DNA of 62,206 bases, the filler included, from Sphacelaria rigidula (lineage: Eukaryota): NCBI GenBank assembly GCA_964200075.2. It is 9 parts of 9 records of this genome, joined end to end, with 100 filler letters (N's around TTAATTAATTAA, not from the genome) between each part and the next. Parts side by side here need not be neighbours in the genome. Positions count along the whole stretch, not along the records: positions 55,385 to 62,206 come from CAXNAA020017912.1; 8 more parts are not named here. The stretch is one strand, 5' to 3'. The translations under genes and the position numbers were made by a program. A model generated the notes under the pieces. That model made no database searches and was not told where the DNA came from. It saw only the letters and a program-made list of their open reading frames with translations. Below, in pieces: positions 59,341 to 62,206 of the stretch. Numbering within the stretch: position 1 is the stretch's first letter; each line of letters starts with the position of its first letter.

Positions 59341-62206
59341 GCACAGACTGAGGGCCCGTTTAAAGTCAGCCGATCAACAAAAACATGAAACATGCCTTGT
59401 TTCACTGTACTGCAGCAGAAACACACTCACGTCCGCTCTCATGTGCTGCAGCTATCACTGGTCTGTGGTCAACAAGTTGCGAAGACGGTTTGATCTCCGC
59501 TGAGATTGCTTGATGTACTGTACTGTTGTGTTCGTGTGTGATCTTTAGTATCAGTCGGGACGCAGCGCGGTCAATACACCTGACAGTAGCAAACGCAGTA
59601 ACAACGCGTCACGGAATCCAGGGTCTACGAGCAGAGCCGCACAGAGTATATCTTGCAACGCCCCTGAGCTTCATCACAACAGGAAGTTGTCGCGTTTTAC
59701 GCTGCAACGCCGCGCTAGACATCTCCAAACCAGCAACAAATGCGTCCGTGATTGCGCCACTTGTTTGACCGGGTCTGCTCAGTGCAGCGCTGCGTCGAGA
59801 GCAGCATCACCATGATTACCGGTACAAACAGAACTGCCTGCATCTTCAACGTGTCCATCATGCAATGAAGATCTCACGTACGTTCCAGAGAGTGATGTTG
59901 TACTAAGTCGTGGTCGTAGCACGGTCCTTCCGACAGGCTATCTACTGTTCAGCGAACAGTAGGGCGGAGGGACCACCGACTACAATTGCTCAATCCTTCG
60001 AACAAAAAACAAAGCTTTACACGTACGTAGAGCAAAACGCGTCCTTGACTCTGAAGTGTTGGTCTGCCAGCTCACAGACTTGATTTTTACTCAAGCTACA
60101 GCCCTTTCAAACAATGGCAGCACACGGCCTCATCAACGAGCCTACGTGGCAAGTCTGACAGGACATTGAACTCAAGTATTTACATGAAAAACAGTACTTA
60201 AACCCTTGATGGAATATTGGGTGGCTCCTAGTTGAACCGAGATACATTGCCCAGCTAATCTGCTACGGGGTCAAAACTCTACACACACAAAAGATATTAC
60301 AGCTAGATTGCTGGCTGTGTAAAATCCAACAAGTAGTATGGGCAACAAACACCCCCGTCCTCCCTCTCGTCCCCGCCAAGATTATGCTTTTGCATGATCC
60401 GAACTCTCTACTCTGCATTGCCTCCTGACGTCACCACCTGGCCTCATACCTCTTTCCCCTCACTGTTACCTTGCGTTGCGTAATCACGGGTTGTTTGATT
60501 TTGGTGGGTACTTGCGTGTGGTACTCACTTTCACATGACCCATTCAGCGCTCTTATCTGAGATGCTCAAAATAATCATGTCACTCCACTTCTCTGACAAC
60601 ATTGTACGAGACCTTCTCTTGACGTCAGTAAAGCATTCGTTGGAACCTGCCAACATTTCGCATACGTTTTGCTCAGGGAGCAGCAGGGTTTACACACGGT
60701 CATCATCTCTGCGTTCGTGTGCAGCCCTCATCTCCCTCCTCGGTGTGAAGCACCAGCGCTCATCGTCTCTGACGATCAATACGAACAGCAACCCCAACAA
60801 CAACATGCCACCGCCCAGAAACACCCCCCATAGAAGGGAGCCATCACTATCCGTTCCAACGAAGGTCGCGGAGACGGTAATACAGGCTCCACTGGTTAAG
60901 CCCACCCAGCTCTTCACGTCCTCATGCCATCGCCTCCGAACCTGCATGGTGAACGAATGGATTCACGATTGTTCGGGGAGGCACGTTTGTACCAGGCGAT
61001 GATTGTTGCCACCTTTTCTTGTGCTTTCAGCCTTGAAGTCAAGTCACTCGAGCTACAGAAGTACATCGTAGGGGTAACGCGAGGAACCCTAGGAACGTCA
61101 TGCTCGGGATTCGCCGGGACAACATGCGGGCAGAGTTTGTTGAATATGAGCACTTTTGAAACACATTGGCGAGTTTTATTTTTTAAATGGACACCATTTC
61201 GACTTCGAAAAGACTGCTACGTGCTGTGAAATATGATATTCCTGAACGTAACAGCAATTGAAATGAATCCGGACAGATGAATCAAAAAAATTCTAGTACC
61301 GTACGTGGTATAACAACAACGTCGTTCATACCTCGCTGCGTGTATCGGCCTCGTGATGTGGTTGACCGGCGGGAATCTGTGCAGAAACAATTTGGTTGTG
61401 ACAACGGCAGTAGGTGATATTCAGGCATCGGGGTAACGCGGAGGGTGAAAAGGTGTATCAATCAGCGCCCGTCAATTTGCTCTGAAATCGAAACTACAAA
61501 TTTCAAGCCAAATTTCCACCCGATGTCCACATGCTTTAGACCGTAGTAACTATCAACTCGGCAATTTAACGAAAAACGACACTCACGGTTAGGACACATC
61601 ATCACTACTCACTATACCAAATTCAAGATTTCTTCTGCCTGATCGCCAAGGGAGCTGGTTCAAGGGGTGTCCCACGCACCTTTTGCGCCATTCCACGTGT
61701 CTGGAATCGAATCATACCCGAAACAGTAATGTGTCTGTGATGTGGGGTGTTGTCGTCGTCTGATCTTCATCAGTGATGCACACGGAAGACTCAGTGGGCC
61801 TTGTGACGGGTGTCCCCTATATATGTTGTGGACGAGCTGGGATCGCCCTCGAACTTGGCAGTTCCGTAGGTATTCATGCTCCAAATGGGAAATTTGTTTT
61901 TTTGACAATATTTCGTAGTTTCTCCGTTCTCAACCGGCTTCGGCTTCCGGGGGGTCTCAATATGATTCCCGAAAGGCGGCACAGAATGCCCCAAAAGTAG
62001 AGTGAACGGATGCGTCCCGGTTATGAGTCCATGGAACACGTTTACACTGTTTGGTGAAGAAACTCGGAAACCTCATACAACTGTTCTTGCCTTGCATGAA
62101 ATTCAACATGTTCACGTCGAAGCCCCAAAAACGCCGTTTCGGTACAAAAATCAAGTAGTTTGCACGTGCTCCTAGCTTGCGCGCCTGGGGCGCCGATTTG
62201 AGGTCT

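Noticed and set aside
1..62206. Fanzor/TnpB, tyrosine recombinase or endogenous giant-virus genes
   Set aside because: I recognised no RuvC/zinc-finger (DRD.N), tyrosine recombinase or NCLDV core motifs in the supplied ORFs. Highly decayed copies cannot be excluded without HMM searches.

Overview
This is eukaryotic, repeat-rich nuclear DNA, most likely from a brown alga (inferred from the transposon families and long introns). It is not a contiguous locus. It consists of nine unrelated, size-sorted contigs of 6822-6824 bp joined by artificial 100-bp N44-TTAATTAATTAA-N44 linkers, so adjacency across linkers has no biological meaning. Host genes are limited to two phase-compatible exons of a coiled-coil protein (contig 1) and one exon of an Afi1/MesA(SPA)-family DENN-like trafficking protein (contig 2). 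The rest is mostly decayed and nested transposons: a Ty1/copia element (LTR, half-tRNA-type PBS, gag-PR-IN), a Ty3/gypsy element (gag-PR-RT), two LINE families, a tRNA-derived SINE in two copies, a pogo-type transposase fragment, piggyBac-, Harbinger- and mariner-type MITEs, long-TIR foldback elements and minisatellites. Most entries in the ORF track are spurious. I see no intact novel multi-gene system. The best candidates for undescribed biology are an asymmetric hairpin-ended element associated with (TA)n tracts, a LINE whose 3' end is a C-tract-bounded ~100-bp module that also occurs on its own, and a piggyBac-type element carrying non-transposase cargo.
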